Source: Eledone cirrhosa (Eukaryota). Taken from it: 64,000 bases of DNA. Positions within the stretch are counted from its first letter, which is position 1. Each line of letters begins with the position of its first letter. Below the pieces are notes generated by a model. That model made no database searches. It was not told the origin of the DNA and saw only the letters and a list, made by a program, of their open reading frames with translations. Shown piece by piece: positions 40,708 through 51,987 of the stretch. The position numbers and the translations under genes were made by a program. The stretch lies in assembly GCA_964016885.1 (NCBI GenBank), contig OZ024741.1:31124001-31188000 (forward strand), written 5' to 3'.

Positions 40708-43653
40708 CCTTGAATCTCAGTCATTGATGTTGGTTAACTGGAAAGTCCGTTGGATTGAATATCAAGCCACTACCTGCAGCCTCAGATATTCAGGACGTAT
40801 CGGAGGGTTCTTGCTGTTCCAAGCAAGCATGCCTTTTGAAGCGTTCCAAAAAGCGTGAAGGGGCCGATTTTCTTTAACCATCCCTGGAAACTTTTGGAGA
40901 TAGTCCCCAGTGCGCCTATGACAATCGGGATCACTTTGACTTCATGGCAGTTCAAAATCCTTTTCACCTCCCACTTTAGGTCCTGGTATCGGTTAATTTT
41001 CTCCCTCTCCTTCTCATGCACTCTCGTGTCGAACGGGCAGGCCACATCCACAATCAGACACGATCGTTTTTCTTTGTCCACAACCACCAGGTCAGGTCTA
41101 TTGTGTTCCAGTTTTTTGTCCGTCTGTATCCTAAAATCCCACAGCACCTTCACCTGATTGTTCTCCATCACCGCCTCTGGCCTATGCTCATACCATTTCT
41201 CAGAATGTGGTAAATTGTTTACTTTGCACAGGTGCCAGTGGATCACCCTGCCCATCACATCGTGTCTCCAGCCCTTATAGTGGGTCTGGGCTAGGTGTTT
41301 ACACTCGGACACAATGTGAGCCACAGTCTCCTCTCTCTCTCCACAGATCCTGCACAGTGGGCTAGCCTCCTCCTTGTAGATATGGTGCTTCAACCACTTC
41401 GTTTTGAGGGCCTGCTCCTGCGCAGCCATTAGCATTCCTTCTGTAGCCTTTTTGAGGTCTCCTCTTCTCAACCAGTTCCATATCTGTGGATCTCTAAATT
41501 CAGTTTTCTCAAAGAAGGTACTATGAAGGGATTTTCCCTTAAGGCTGCTCTTCCTCCTTGATGTTATTTCCTCCTTGGACATCCCCTGGCCTACTGTCCC
41601 CTCCTTCAGTGCAGTTCTGAGCATTGGCTCCTTACTATAGGTCACGTATTTGTATATGTTGTTTTTCTCCATCTGAACACAGTCCTCTATGCTGATAAGA
41701 CCTCTTCCACCCTCAGATCTCCTTAGGTAGAGTCTATCGACATCACTCCTCTTGTGGAACATGTTGTAGATAGTCAATAGCTTCCTAGTCTTCCTATCCA
41801 TTTCTTTTTGTTCAGCAACATTCCATCTCAGAATTCCCGCACTGTACCTAATAATAGACACAGCTCGGGAATTTACTGCGCTTATGGCATTTCTGCTGTT
41901 CAGATGTGACTTCAATACGCTCCTTACTCTCCGAATGTATTCAGTTCTTAACAATTCCTTCATTTTTTTGTTCTTTATGCCATCAGCCTCCAGAACGCCC
42001 AAATACTTGTATCCTTCCTCAGAGTCAATTTCCTTTATCATCTCACCTGTTGGTATCTGGATCCCGTTACTTCTGCTCAACCTACCCCTCTTCATCACAA
42101 TGACTCCACATTTACCAATACCAAACTGCATACATATATCACTGCTGAAAATACGGACAGTGTCAACAAGCACATCCAACTCCTTCTCACTTTTCCCGAA
42201 GAGCTTAAGATCGTCCATGAAGAGGAGGTGATTGATGGTAAGCTCTCCCCTTCCCAACTTGTATCCTGCTCTCACTTTTCGCAGCATAATGGTCAAGGGC
42301 ATCAGGGCAAGGACAAACAACAGAGGGGACAGGCTATCTCCCTGGAAGATACCTCTCTTGATCTTCACGCTTCCCAAGGATACTCCAGTTGATGTCAACT
42401 CTGTCTCCCAGGACCCCATACTCCTGCCTAGCAACTGTCTGATGTTATCTGCCACCCTGAAGATCTCCAGGCTTTTGGTGATCCAGGAATGAGGCACAAT
42501 GTCAAATACCTTTCTGTAGTCTATCCATCCCATGGCAAGATCAGTGTGTCTCCTCCTGCAATTCCCCATTACCATCTTATCAATAAGTAACTGGTCCTTT
42601 GTACCACGTGACTTCTTTCGGCATCCTTTCTGTTCGTCCGGTAACAAGTTGTTTGTGTGGAGGTGATGGTAGATTTCCTCAGACACAATGCTCGTCAACA
42701 GTTTCCACATTACGGACAGACATGTGATAGGTCTATAGTTGGTAACATCATTACCCTTGATTCGGTGTTTCATTATCAGAACTGTGGTACCTTTTGTCAA
42801 CCACTCTGGCACCTCACCCGACACCAAGCAGTCATTGAACATGGCCGTCAGCTTCGGGTGGAGGGATGTTAAATGTTTAATCCAATACCCCTGCACACCA
42901 TCTGGGCCTGGTGATTTCCAGTTGGTTAGTTTTTTGGCCTGCCCCTTAAGAGTTTCAACTGTGATACTCAAATCAGTTTGTTGTTGTGCCTGCTCACCGA
43001 TCTCCCTCTGTATTGTCTCAATCCACCCTGCCTGGGCATTGTGTCTAACATCCTGCTCCCATATTCCTCTCCAGAATGTTTTAGTTTGCTCCGCCCCAGG
43101 GATCAAGTCGTTGCCTCTTTCTTTACCCTCAAGCTGTCCAAACAGCATCTTCTGGTTGTTGTCGAACATGCGGTTCTGTTTATACTGACTGACTCTGTTC
43201 TCGTATCGCCTGATTTTTGCACTCTTTGCTACAATGCGTTGCTTCAGTTCCTCTATGATAATATTTAGCTTTTTCCTCCTAGTTTTGTATTTTATTTCCA
43301 GTCTATTTTTAGTGCCTATGTTTTTTAGTGTCCCATTCAGTAGTGACTCAAGCTTTCCTATGTCATTTCTCATTTCCCCGATTTGCCCACTCAGTCGCTT
43401 CTTCCACCACGGCTCTGCTCTTTCTTGTCTGTTGTTTCCTCTCGCTTTTATACCAAGTAGTTTCCTCACCGTATTTGCTGTTGCTTTGAGGATATTGTTG
43501 CACTGGTGAAGGCTCCTCGCCTCAAGGTATGGGATGACTTTGTTTACCTTAGCTGTTGTTTCTTTTAACTTTTTCCTGTCTACAAATCTTAGGTTCATAG
43601 GTCTGCCACTATCATTGTTCAATTCATCTACCACTAAATTTAGGATGTCAAAA

Positions 43654-43655
<2 letters not shown>
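40708..43655 (-). mobile_element. R4/Dong-type LINE, family B, 5'-truncated
   Basis: (TAA)n at both ends; short 3' UTR. Confidence 0.92.
40782..43634 (-). CDS. Uninterrupted 950-aa RT + CCHC + RLE reading frame, N-terminus truncated
   Basis: WKSPGPDG, NYRPITCL, GIFQGDSLSP, HLLFMDDLK, CRICGEREETVAHIVSEC, RHD, NRPDL, EREKINRYQDL, IPIVIGALG. Confidence 0.92.
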   Translation of the reverse strand: MVDELNNDSGRPMNLRFVDRKKLKETTAKVNKVIPYLEARSLHQCNNILKATANTVRKLLGIKARGNNRQERAEPWWKKRLSGQIGEMRNDIGKLESLLNGTLKNIGTKNRLEIKYKTRRKKLNIIIEELKQRIVAKSAKIRRYENRVSQYKQNRMFDNNQKMLFGQLEGKERGNDLIPGAEQTKTFWRGIWEQDVRHNAQAGWIETIQREIGEQAQQQTDLSITVETLKGQAKKLTNWKSPGPDGVQGYWIKHLTSLHPKLTAMFNDCLVSGEVPEWLTKGTTVLIMKHRIKGNDVTNYRPITCLSVMWKLLTSIVSEEIYHHLHTNNLLPDEQKGCRKKSRGTKDQLLIDKMVMGNCRRRHTDLAMGWIDYRKVFDIVPHSWITKSLEIFRVADNIRQLLGRSMGSWETELTSTGVSLGSVKIKRGIFQGDSLSPLLFVLALMPLTIMLRKVRAGYKLGRGELTINHLLFMDDLKLFGKSEKELDVLVDTVRIFSSDICMQFGIGKCGVIVMKRGRLSRSNGIQIPTGEMIKEIDSEEGYKYLGVLEADGIKNKKMKELLRTEYIRRVRSVLKSHLNSRNAISAVNSRAVSIIRYSAGILRWNVAEQKEMDRKTRKLLTIYNMFHKRSDVDRLYLRRSEGGRGLISIEDCVQMEKNNIYKYVTYSKEPMLRTALKEGTVGQGMSKEEITSRRKSSLKGKSLHSTFFEKTEFRDPQIWNWLRRGDLKKATEGMLMAAQEQALKTKWLKHHIYKEEASPLCRICGEREETVAHIVSECKHLAQTHYKGWRHDVMGRVIHWHLCKVNNLPHSEKWYEHRPEAVMENNQVKVLWDFRIQTDKKLEHNRPDLVVVDKEKRSCLIVDVACPFDTRVHEKEREKINRYQDLKWEVKRILNCHEVKVIPIVIGALGTISKSFQGWLKKIGPFTLFGTLQKACLLGTARTLRYVLNI

Positions 43656-43686
<31 letters not shown>

Positions 43687-43687
<1 letters not shown>

Positions 43688-45040
43688 TGCATTTATCTTG
43701 CTTTATGTTTATACGAGTTATCACCAAGTCACAACCAGTGACCTCAAGAGACAACAAGGTCCGCCATGTTCAAGAAAGAACATACATATTCACACATGCA
43801 TCCTTAGTGTTTAGACTTGTGATGTACTTATATTGACAGGATCTTCCTTAGTATATGGGCAGTTCCCATTAGTACTATCTTTTGTATTTCTCCTATACGC
43901 GGGTTTCCTGGGATTTGCGATAAGTAGTCGTTAGACCCCTTAGGTATCATTCCCAGAGCGCCTACAACCACTGGTATTGTTTTAGTTCTCAATTTCCACA
44001 TTTTTCCAATTTCTATCTCCAGGTCCTTATACTTGCTCAATTTTTCAAATGTTTTTATAGATACATTCTTGTCTATTGGAACAGACATATCAATTAGCAG
44101 GCATACCCTCCTTTGAAAGTCCTTCAATATTATATCAGGTCTATTTGCATCTATTTTCGGTCTGTTTGGATGCTAAAGTTCCACAAGATTGAGATGTGAT
44201 CTTTTTCAAGTATGGGAGGTGGTTGATGCTCCCACCAATTCTTTTGATGGGGCAGGTCAAAATGCTTACACATTATCCAATGTATGTATTGTGCAGCTCT
44301 GTCATGCCTGTTTAGGTATTCGGTTGGAGCTATAGGACTGCACATTGAAATTATATGGTCAATGGTCTCTGGTTGTTTTTTGCATACACGGCATAATGGG
44401 CTGCACCCATTTTTTATTATGTTGGCTTGGTAATTTTTTGTTGGCAGACACTGATCTTGTGCGGATATAATCAGTCCTTCAGTCTCCGATTTCAGTCCAG
44501 AGGATGCCAACCACTGATGGGTTAAAGTTTTGTCAACATCAGGATTGTTAGCTCGCTCTGGGTATTTTCCATACAGAGGCTTTTCTTGCCATTTCTTAGC
44601 CAGTTTCTGTAGCAGTTCTTTCTTTGCAGTTACTTTTACCTGCTTTGCTTTTTCTGTGTTTTCCATTTCAGCAGTAAATGGGACTTCTGAAATTTGTAGT
44701 CCATTACTGTATCTTTGTGCATCTTTTGTAATGGAATATGATCTTTTGGTGCTTTCGTGTTTCAAAACGAGTTTGATCATCCAATCATGTGATTCCCTTA
44801 GATATGTGGATAATCCAATTGTTGCAGTTTTCAACGCAATGTCTAACTGGATTAACCCACGTCCTCCTTCTTTCCTAGGGAGATATATTCTATCTATATC
44901 TGCCTTAGGGTGATGCATTCTGTGCATGTTTAAGAATTTTCGAATGTTTGTATCGAGCCTACGGATCTCTGTGCTTGACCAGTTGATGACATTGTAACTG
45001 TAGGTTACTACTGGTATGGCAAGCGTGTTTATGGCATCCA
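43687..45040 (-). mobile_element. 3' 1.35 kb of Dong family A (3' half of chimera)
   Basis: Nearly identical to 35686-37039. Confidence 0.93.
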
Positions 45041-46255
45041 CATTTACCAATACCAAACTGCATACATATATCACTGCTGAAAATACGGACAGTGTCAACA
45101 AGCACATCCAACTCCTTCTCACTTTTCCCGAAGAGCTTAAGATCGTCCATGAAGAGGAGGTGATTGATGGTAAGCTCTCCCCTTCCCAACTTGTATCCTG
45201 CTCTCACTTTTCGCAGCATAATGGTCAAGGGCATCAGGGCAAGGACAAACAACAGAGGGGACAGGCTATCTCCCTGGAAGATACCTCTCTTGATCTTCAC
45301 GCTTCCCAAGGATACTCCAGTTGATGTCAACTCTGTCTCCCAGGACCCCATACTCCTGCCTAGCAACTGTCTGATGTTATCTGCCACCCTGAAGACCTCC
45401 AGGCTTTTGGTGATCCAGGAATGAGGCACCATGTCAAATGCCTTTCTGTAGTCTATCCATCCCATGGCAAGATCAGTGTGTCTCCTCCTGCAATTCCCCA
45501 TTACCATCTTATCAATAAGCAACTGGTCATTTGTACCACGTGACTTCTTTCGGCATCCTTTCTGTTCGTCCGGTAACAAGTTGTTTGTGTGGAGGTGATG
45601 GTAGATTTCCTCAGACACAATGCTCGTCAAAAGTTTCCACATTACGGGCAGACATGTGATAGGTCTATAGTTGGTAACATCATTACCCTTGATTCGGTCT
45701 TTCATTATCAGAACTGTGGTACCTTTTGTCAACCACTCTGGCACCTCACCCGACACCAAGCAGTCATTGAACATGGCCGTCAGCTTCGGGTGGAGGGATG
45801 TTAAATGTTTAATCCAATACCCCTGCACACCATCTGGGCCTGGTGATTTCCAGTTGGTTAGTTTTTTGGCTTGCCCCTTAAGAGTTTCAACTGTGATACT
45901 CAAATCAGTCTGTTGTTGTGCCTTCTCACCGATCTCCCTCTGTACTGTCTCAATCCACCCTGCCTGGGCATTGTGTCTAACATCCTGCTCCCATATTCCT
46001 CTCCAGAATGTTTTAGCTTGTTCCGCCCCAGGGATCAAGTCGTTGCCTCTTTCTTTCCCCTCAAGCTGTCCAAACAGCATCTTCTGGTTGTTGTCGAACA
46101 TGCGGTTCTGTTTATACTGACTGACTCTGTTCTCGTATCGCCTGATTTTGGCACTCTTTGCTACAATGCGTTGCTTCAATTCCTCTATGATAATATTTAG
46201 CTTTTTACTCCTAGTTTTGTATTTTATTTCCAGTCTATTTTTAGTGCCTATGTTT
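45039..46255 (-). mobile_element. Internal 1.2 kb of Dong family B (5' half of chimera)
   Basis: Nearly identical to 42105-43323; lacks its own 3' end. Confidence 0.93.
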
Positions 46256-46273
46256 TATTATTATTATTATTAT

Positions 46274-46317
46274 TTGCATTTATCTTGCTTTATTATTATT
46301 ATTTGCATTTATCTTGC

Positions 46318-46322
<5 letters not shown>
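46274..46322 (-). mobile_element. Two ~18-20 nt copies of the family A 3' terminus in (TTA)n
   Basis: TTGCATTTATCTTGCTTT at 46274 and 46303, identical to 35686 and 43687. Confidence 0.75.
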
Positions 46323-46385
<63 letters not shown>

Positions 46386-46390
46386 CGTTA

Positions 46391-46590
46391 AGGCGGTGGA
46401 TTGGCAGTATCGGTAGAGGGTCGGACGCCATGCTTTGCAGCAAAGAGTTACGGCCCTTTATGGTCTGAGTTCAAATCTTGCGAGGTTAACTTTGCCTTTC
46501 ATCCTTACGGGGTCGATAAAATAAAGTACCAGTAATAAACTGAGATAAGTGCTGGCCTTGTGCCAAAAGTAGATTAAATTATTATTATTA
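46391..46590 (+). mobile_element. SINE, full length
   Basis: Family consensus head, core and (ATT)n tail. Confidence 0.9.
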
Positions 46591-47002
46591 GTTTTATCAC
46601 TATTTGTACAAATATGCAACTTAACAATATTCTGCATATCCGCAATTGACAATACATTTAATACTGAAACCGTTATTGTAAATAAATTTATGTTTTCATA
46701 TCTCTCTGAAAAAAATCTCCTGAACATTTTCTACCGAAAGAATATTTTTCATTTCTACTATTTGTTTTTATATATATAAACTCGTGTGCTACTTTTCGAC
46801 ATTCGATATATATATATATATATATATACACGTATATGCATGTACCTATATGCGCGTGGTTGAGTGTGTATGTTTATGTTCTGGATATTTATTTATATAT
46901 TTTTACCCCCTTATTCCTTTTTACCGGTTTTTTCAGCCTCATTTTCATAATTCCTAAATGTTGTGTTCAAATCCATATTTAATAAAAACACCATGTTATT
47001 TA

Positions 47003-47063
47003 TTCATTCTGACGACTGAAGACAGACATAACATCTGCCTTCAAGAAACCACTGGTAAATGAA
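47003..47063 (+). ncRNA. Type I hammerhead ribozyme motif
   Basis: TTCATT-CTGACGA-C-TGAAG-a-CAGA-loop-TCTG-c-CTTCA-A-GAAA-CCA-c-TGG-TA-AATGAA; helix I 6 bp, GUA triplet; ~100 nt tail to (TA)n. Confidence 0.8.
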
Positions 47064-47160
47064 ATAATTATCTGATGTTGTTTATTACATAACTAATAAG
47101 CTCTGTATCCGGCATAGAACACTCTTTATTACTGTACCTTTCCGACGGAAATACTTCATT

Positions 47161-47234
<74 letters not shown>

Positions 47235-47249
47235 TATATATATATATAC

Positions 47250-47327
<78 letters not shown>

Positions 47328-47331
<4 letters not shown>

Positions 47332-47748
47332 ATAAATTAACGGAGCCATAGACTCCCGCTATTCCCTGTCAATAATGTGCTCAAAGGAGAAGGAATCCTG
47401 AGATCTTTCAAATACAATGTGTTGAAGAGGTAACACACTAGAGAGAGATAGTGCGCCATCAATAAAACAGGGAAAAACCACAAGTGTATGGAATCTATAA
47501 CCAATGAAAGGCAGTGTAGATACACGATAATTAAAAATATAAATTAAAGTGTATATACATACCTCTATAACTATATAACAGTTATATAGTTATAGAGGTA
47601 TGTATATACACTTTAATTTATATTTTTAATTATCGTGTATCTACACTGCCTTTCATTGGTTATAGATTCCATACACTTGTGGTTTTACCCTGTTTTATTG
47701 ATGGCGCACTATCTCTCTCTAGTGTGTTACCTCTTCAACACATTGTAT
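47328..47748. mobile_element. Near-perfect palindromic element (family I), 168 bp arms, 1-nt spacer, ~84 bp tail
   Basis: 47412-47579 vs 47581-47748, one mismatch seen; (TA)n flanks. Confidence 0.85.
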
Positions 47749-47781
47749 ATATATACATATATATATAGATATACATATATG

Positions 47782-47829
<48 letters not shown>

Positions 47830-47830
<1 letters not shown>

Positions 47831-48876
47831 TTATACTTTGGGAGGTTCATGTTGCAAATAAGAAACACACGCACCAGGTTCTTTCATTTCAATTTATTAT
47901 AAATTTTATAAATTCTATAAATTTCCGGTTGGCTGGTTGGTTCCACAACCGGATGGTTGTTTATATATTGTCAAAGTTCTTTCGTCACAGATTCTGTGAC
48001 CTCTTCAGTGACTGGTGATCTTTTTTTGTTCTGTCCTACGCTATCTTATTTTTGTGTGTGTTGTGTGGTTAGTTTGCGCATGTGTTACATCAGGGGATCT
48101 GTGTGTGTTTTTATTTGTTTATTCATTTACATGTTACTAATTAGTTGTTTGTTCTATGTGTGTGTGTTTTCATTTTGTACTTAATTATAAGTTGTTATAT
48201 TGCTATTCCATTCATGTTTTCTCTTTAATTTTGGTTGGAGTTCATTTATCTTTATTGCCTCTGTGATTTATCTAAGCATTGTGTCTTTTCTGTGTGTAGA
48301 TTCTATTGTTATCTCTATGTTCTCTAATTTGCCCTTATGTTCTATTTTAGCATGTTGGTGGAGTATTGATGAGTCTTCTCTATCTTGGAGTTCTAGCCAG
48401 TGTTCATTTAATCGTCCTCCTATGCTACGAGCTATCTCACCTATGTACACTATATTCTTATTTTTACATCGTCCTTCAGTACATCTTATGCTATATACTA
48501 TATTTCTAGTTTTTCAGTTAATACAGGGGCTTAGCTTACATATTATGCATTTCCTATCTATACAGGGAGGTCTTTGAAAAGGGTATGTATTACTAATTAG
48601 TGTTTTTATGGAGATACCCAGTCACTGAATAGGTCACAGAATGTGTGACGTAAGAACTTTGACAATATATGAACAACCATCCGGTTGTGGAAACAACCAA
48701 CCAACCGAAATTTTTAAAAGTTATATTTATAAAATTTATAAAATTATAAGAAATTGAAGTGAAGCATGTGGTGCGTGTGTTTCTTATTGGCAACATGACC
48801 CTTCCAAAGTATAACAATATCGGTTTCAACACACGTTTTCAGATAAAGAATCTTGCTAAACAAATTCAGAAACCCA
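47830..48876 (-). mobile_element. Truncated PLE (family J) with ~190 bp inverted arms and GIY-YIG fragment
   Basis: Arms 47830-48016 / 48617-48815, tail to 48876; NIVYSIRCTEGRC...YIGEIARSIGGRLNEH...LHQH (CCHH-type PLE endonuclease). Confidence 0.85.
47970..48012 (-). ncRNA. Type I hammerhead ribozyme motif; mutated mirror at 48621-48663
   Basis: GTCA-CTGAAGA-G-GTCACAG-aat-CTGTGAC-GAAA-GAAC-TT-TGAC. Confidence 0.75.
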
Positions 48877-48922
48877 ATATATATATATAACCACATATAT
48901 ATATATATATATATATATAAAT

Positions 48923-49158
48923 ATATTTATTAAAATAACAGATTAAAGTTTAAGCAAAGAATCGCTGCTTTCACCCTTAACGGGATCTTCTGAAACTCTT
49001 CAGAAGATCCCGTTAAGGGTGAAAGCAGCGATTCTTTGCTTAAACTTTAATCTGTTATTTTAATAAATATTTGCTCTACTGTTCTTATATATTTAATATA
49101 TATTCATCCTTATCGAGCCCTCTTTGGATTTTAGTCTTCAAATGTATTATTATTACAC
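48923..49158. mobile_element. Perfect palindromic element (family B), 72 bp arms, 4-nt loop, ~88 bp tail
   Basis: 48923-48994 vs 48999-49070; HHR-like CAGAAGA-T-CCC-gttaa-GGG-T-GAAA-GCA...TGC-TT. Confidence 0.85.
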
Positions 49159-49552
49159 TATATATATAAGTCTGTTTACATGTTTCTGTGGTAGTGTCGG
49201 ATATGATGATATATATGGCGAGTGTTTATAAAATATATATTTATGTGTATGTATATGTGTGCATCTTTACATTTGCATATATGTGTAACATTCTCTTATG
49301 TATGTGAGGTTGTAACGGAGATGATGGATATTCAGTGCTGATAACTATTTATACTTCCGCCATATGTTTTCACCACATTCCAGAATATTCTTCCTTCCAA
49401 ATATATAACAGTTTCAACATTACAATTCCCCTCAGATTTTAGAAAATTTTAAGAATGCATTCATGAAATTGTTGCCAGTGCATTACCGCCGCCGCTACCA
49501 CCACCAACACTACCACAACGCCCACGACCTTCACAACCCCACCACTACCAGT

Positions 49553-49702
49553 GTGACAATGGTATTTTATTTTATCGACACCCCAAATATGAAAGGCAAA
49601 GCTAAACTCGACGGTATTTGAACTCCAAACGTAAAGGGCCGTAATGTTATGCTGCAAAGCATGGTGTCCGACAATCTACCGATTGCTGCCAATACACCGC
49701 CC
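49553..49702 (-). mobile_element. SINE, partial
   Basis: Reverse complement of family head and core. Confidence 0.8.
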
Positions 49703-49949
49703 TTATTTATCATCATTACATTTGTTCAGCACTATTAATATAAAATTGATCCCCACCATTCGCATTATTGCTGTTGTCGGAGATAGACAACGTTTTCTTA
49801 GAGAGATGGGACCGGGTGAAACAGACGTCACATGGACACAATACTACAATTAGGTTTTTGAAGGATTTCAGTGGGCACATATTATTCGAATCTGGTTAGA
49901 TGTTTACAATTTTATAACAACATCTTTCACAGATTATTGGTAGCAAGAT

Positions 49950-50510
49950 AATAGTTGACTATAATATGTACCTCGATGGCTTGCATCAGGCCTCGGCAGA
50001 AAAGGTGGATTGTTGCAAAAAAAACTGATAATGAAGCTAAGGCATTTATTGCCAATGTTACGTTCTTCGATTTGCAAATCAAATGATTTTTTGAATTGCT
50101 CTACGGGCCTTATGACTACATGTTAGACTTGCTCAACCGTCTCTTAACAAATGTCTATTGCAATCAGCAACAGACTGAAAATTCATATATAGTACTCGGA
50201 AAGTGGTGGCTCTATGTACGAAAGACTTGATGAAGGGGCATATTTTTAGAATGATGATTTGAAAATTTTAACCAAGATGCTCGGGAAGAGGATAGTGGAT
50301 TTCTTATCAATATAGTGCTCGGTAGCCGCTAGAATTATGTGTTTTCCATTAGATCTACCCAGAACAATTTCCAATGTATCCATGATGTTGTTTAATAAGC
50401 ATAACTGTATTGGGCCCTTACATATTTGAACCAATTTAACATTTCTGATAATGTTGACGACCAGTTTTAGTCCTGTTTTCATAGAGTAGATATCTGCTTG
50501 GTGGCCAGAG
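49950..50510 (-). pseudogene. Possible highly decayed Gypsy-type integrase fragment
   Basis: VQICKGP...GRSNGKHIILAATEHY loosely resembles the CxxC to GN.YI....D.F segment; weak. Confidence 0.3.
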
Positions 50511-50896
50511 TTCCAGAACGTTTCAAATAGAAATGTGTGTGTGTATGTGTATGCGTGTCTCTATCGTTTATGTATATATCTTCATATTTCATACCTAGGA
50601 ATTAATGCTGTGAATTAGTAGAGTCGTTAGAGTGTCAAATACAACCCATTGTATTATATATTACGGATCTGTGCGCTCTGAGGACAAATCCCTCTGAGGT
50701 GTCAACTTTCCCTTTCAGCCTTTTATTCTCCGTGCATGAAGTACTAGTCAAACAGGGGTTGATTCCCGCTCTACCTGGGAATCAGCTATTTGAATGGGCC
50801 ATCACGACGCAAATAATCCTTTTCCATCATATTAGGGAAACAAAAAGACTTACGCGTTTACCAATCTACGTTTTCAATTATATATCTATCTATCTA

Positions 50897-51816
50897 CCGG
50901 CACCTCGAGTGCCTTCAGGCGCTCACAGCTCTCTACCAAGCGGAAACGGCAATCGATGGACATTCGACATTCTATAGGCGATTAGTTGAGGATAGGTGCG
51001 ACGACGTTCTCGGGGAAACACTAGGCATCGAGGAGGACCAACTGGCCTGTCTGTTCGGGAGGACTTTCCGTCAAGGGCCTATGGATAACTTCCAGAGGTC
51101 TCTGGCATAGCAGTGCTACCGAGGAACTCTATCAGTTCGAGACAAAATCTACAGGCACGGCCGCCCTGGCTGATATCCTGCCAAAAGGACCTGTCCAAGA
51201 TGCGAGCAGGACATCGAAACCGTTCTGCACGCCATTGTTCACTGTCCAGGGGTGACCGACCTGTGGAATTATGTCGAACAGCTACTGTCACGTGTGGGAC
51301 GCATCCAGTTGTCAGCCGAGGCCATCGTGAGGATCACCCTGCCGCCTTCATTTAAGAATGAAAGAGAGGCGGTTTTCCTCTGTCTGGTGGCTATGACGAA
51401 AGAGGTAATATGGTGGACGAGGTTAAAAGGACTGAGGGCAAACACCTTTCTCTCCGAAGTGTGGAGAGACAGGTACTACACCCCAGTAAATTCGCTGAAA
51501 GGTGGGTGAATATGGTGAAAATGGCCCGAGTGAATTTGACTTCTCTGTATATAAACCTGTAGGTTGAGGAAGATAAACAGAGGGAAGACGGGAACGCCTA
51601 CAAAACGTGTTCTTGGTGTTGAGGGTTGTTCTATCCGGGGTGAAAAACAACCCCGCAGTAATGTCCCCACCCCCATTGGGGTTTTAATTGTTATTTTATT
51701 ATATATAATTTATTGTTATTTATTAATGTTAAGGTTATATGATTTTTCTGTAAAACCCCCGCCGTCACGTCTTGTAATGTCCCATTTTTGTACGCCCCTG
51801 TGGCAAATAAAGAAAG
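50897..51816 (+). mobile_element. 3' fragment of L1/Tx1-type LINE
   Basis: TCPRCEQDIETVLHAIVHCP zinc knuckle, LWNYVEQLLS...KEVIWWTR; ends AATAAAGAAAGA; (TATC)n on both sides. Confidence 0.75.
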
Positions 51817-51894
51817 ATATCTGTCTATCTATCTATCTATCCTAACGCTCTGTATCTGTATCTGTATCCCTCTCTCTCACACACATACACACAC

Positions 51895-51987
<93 letters not shown>

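Noticed and set aside
36531-46200. Plus-strand ORFs of 65-149 aa over the LINEs
   Set aside because: Antisense shadows of the RT ORFs.
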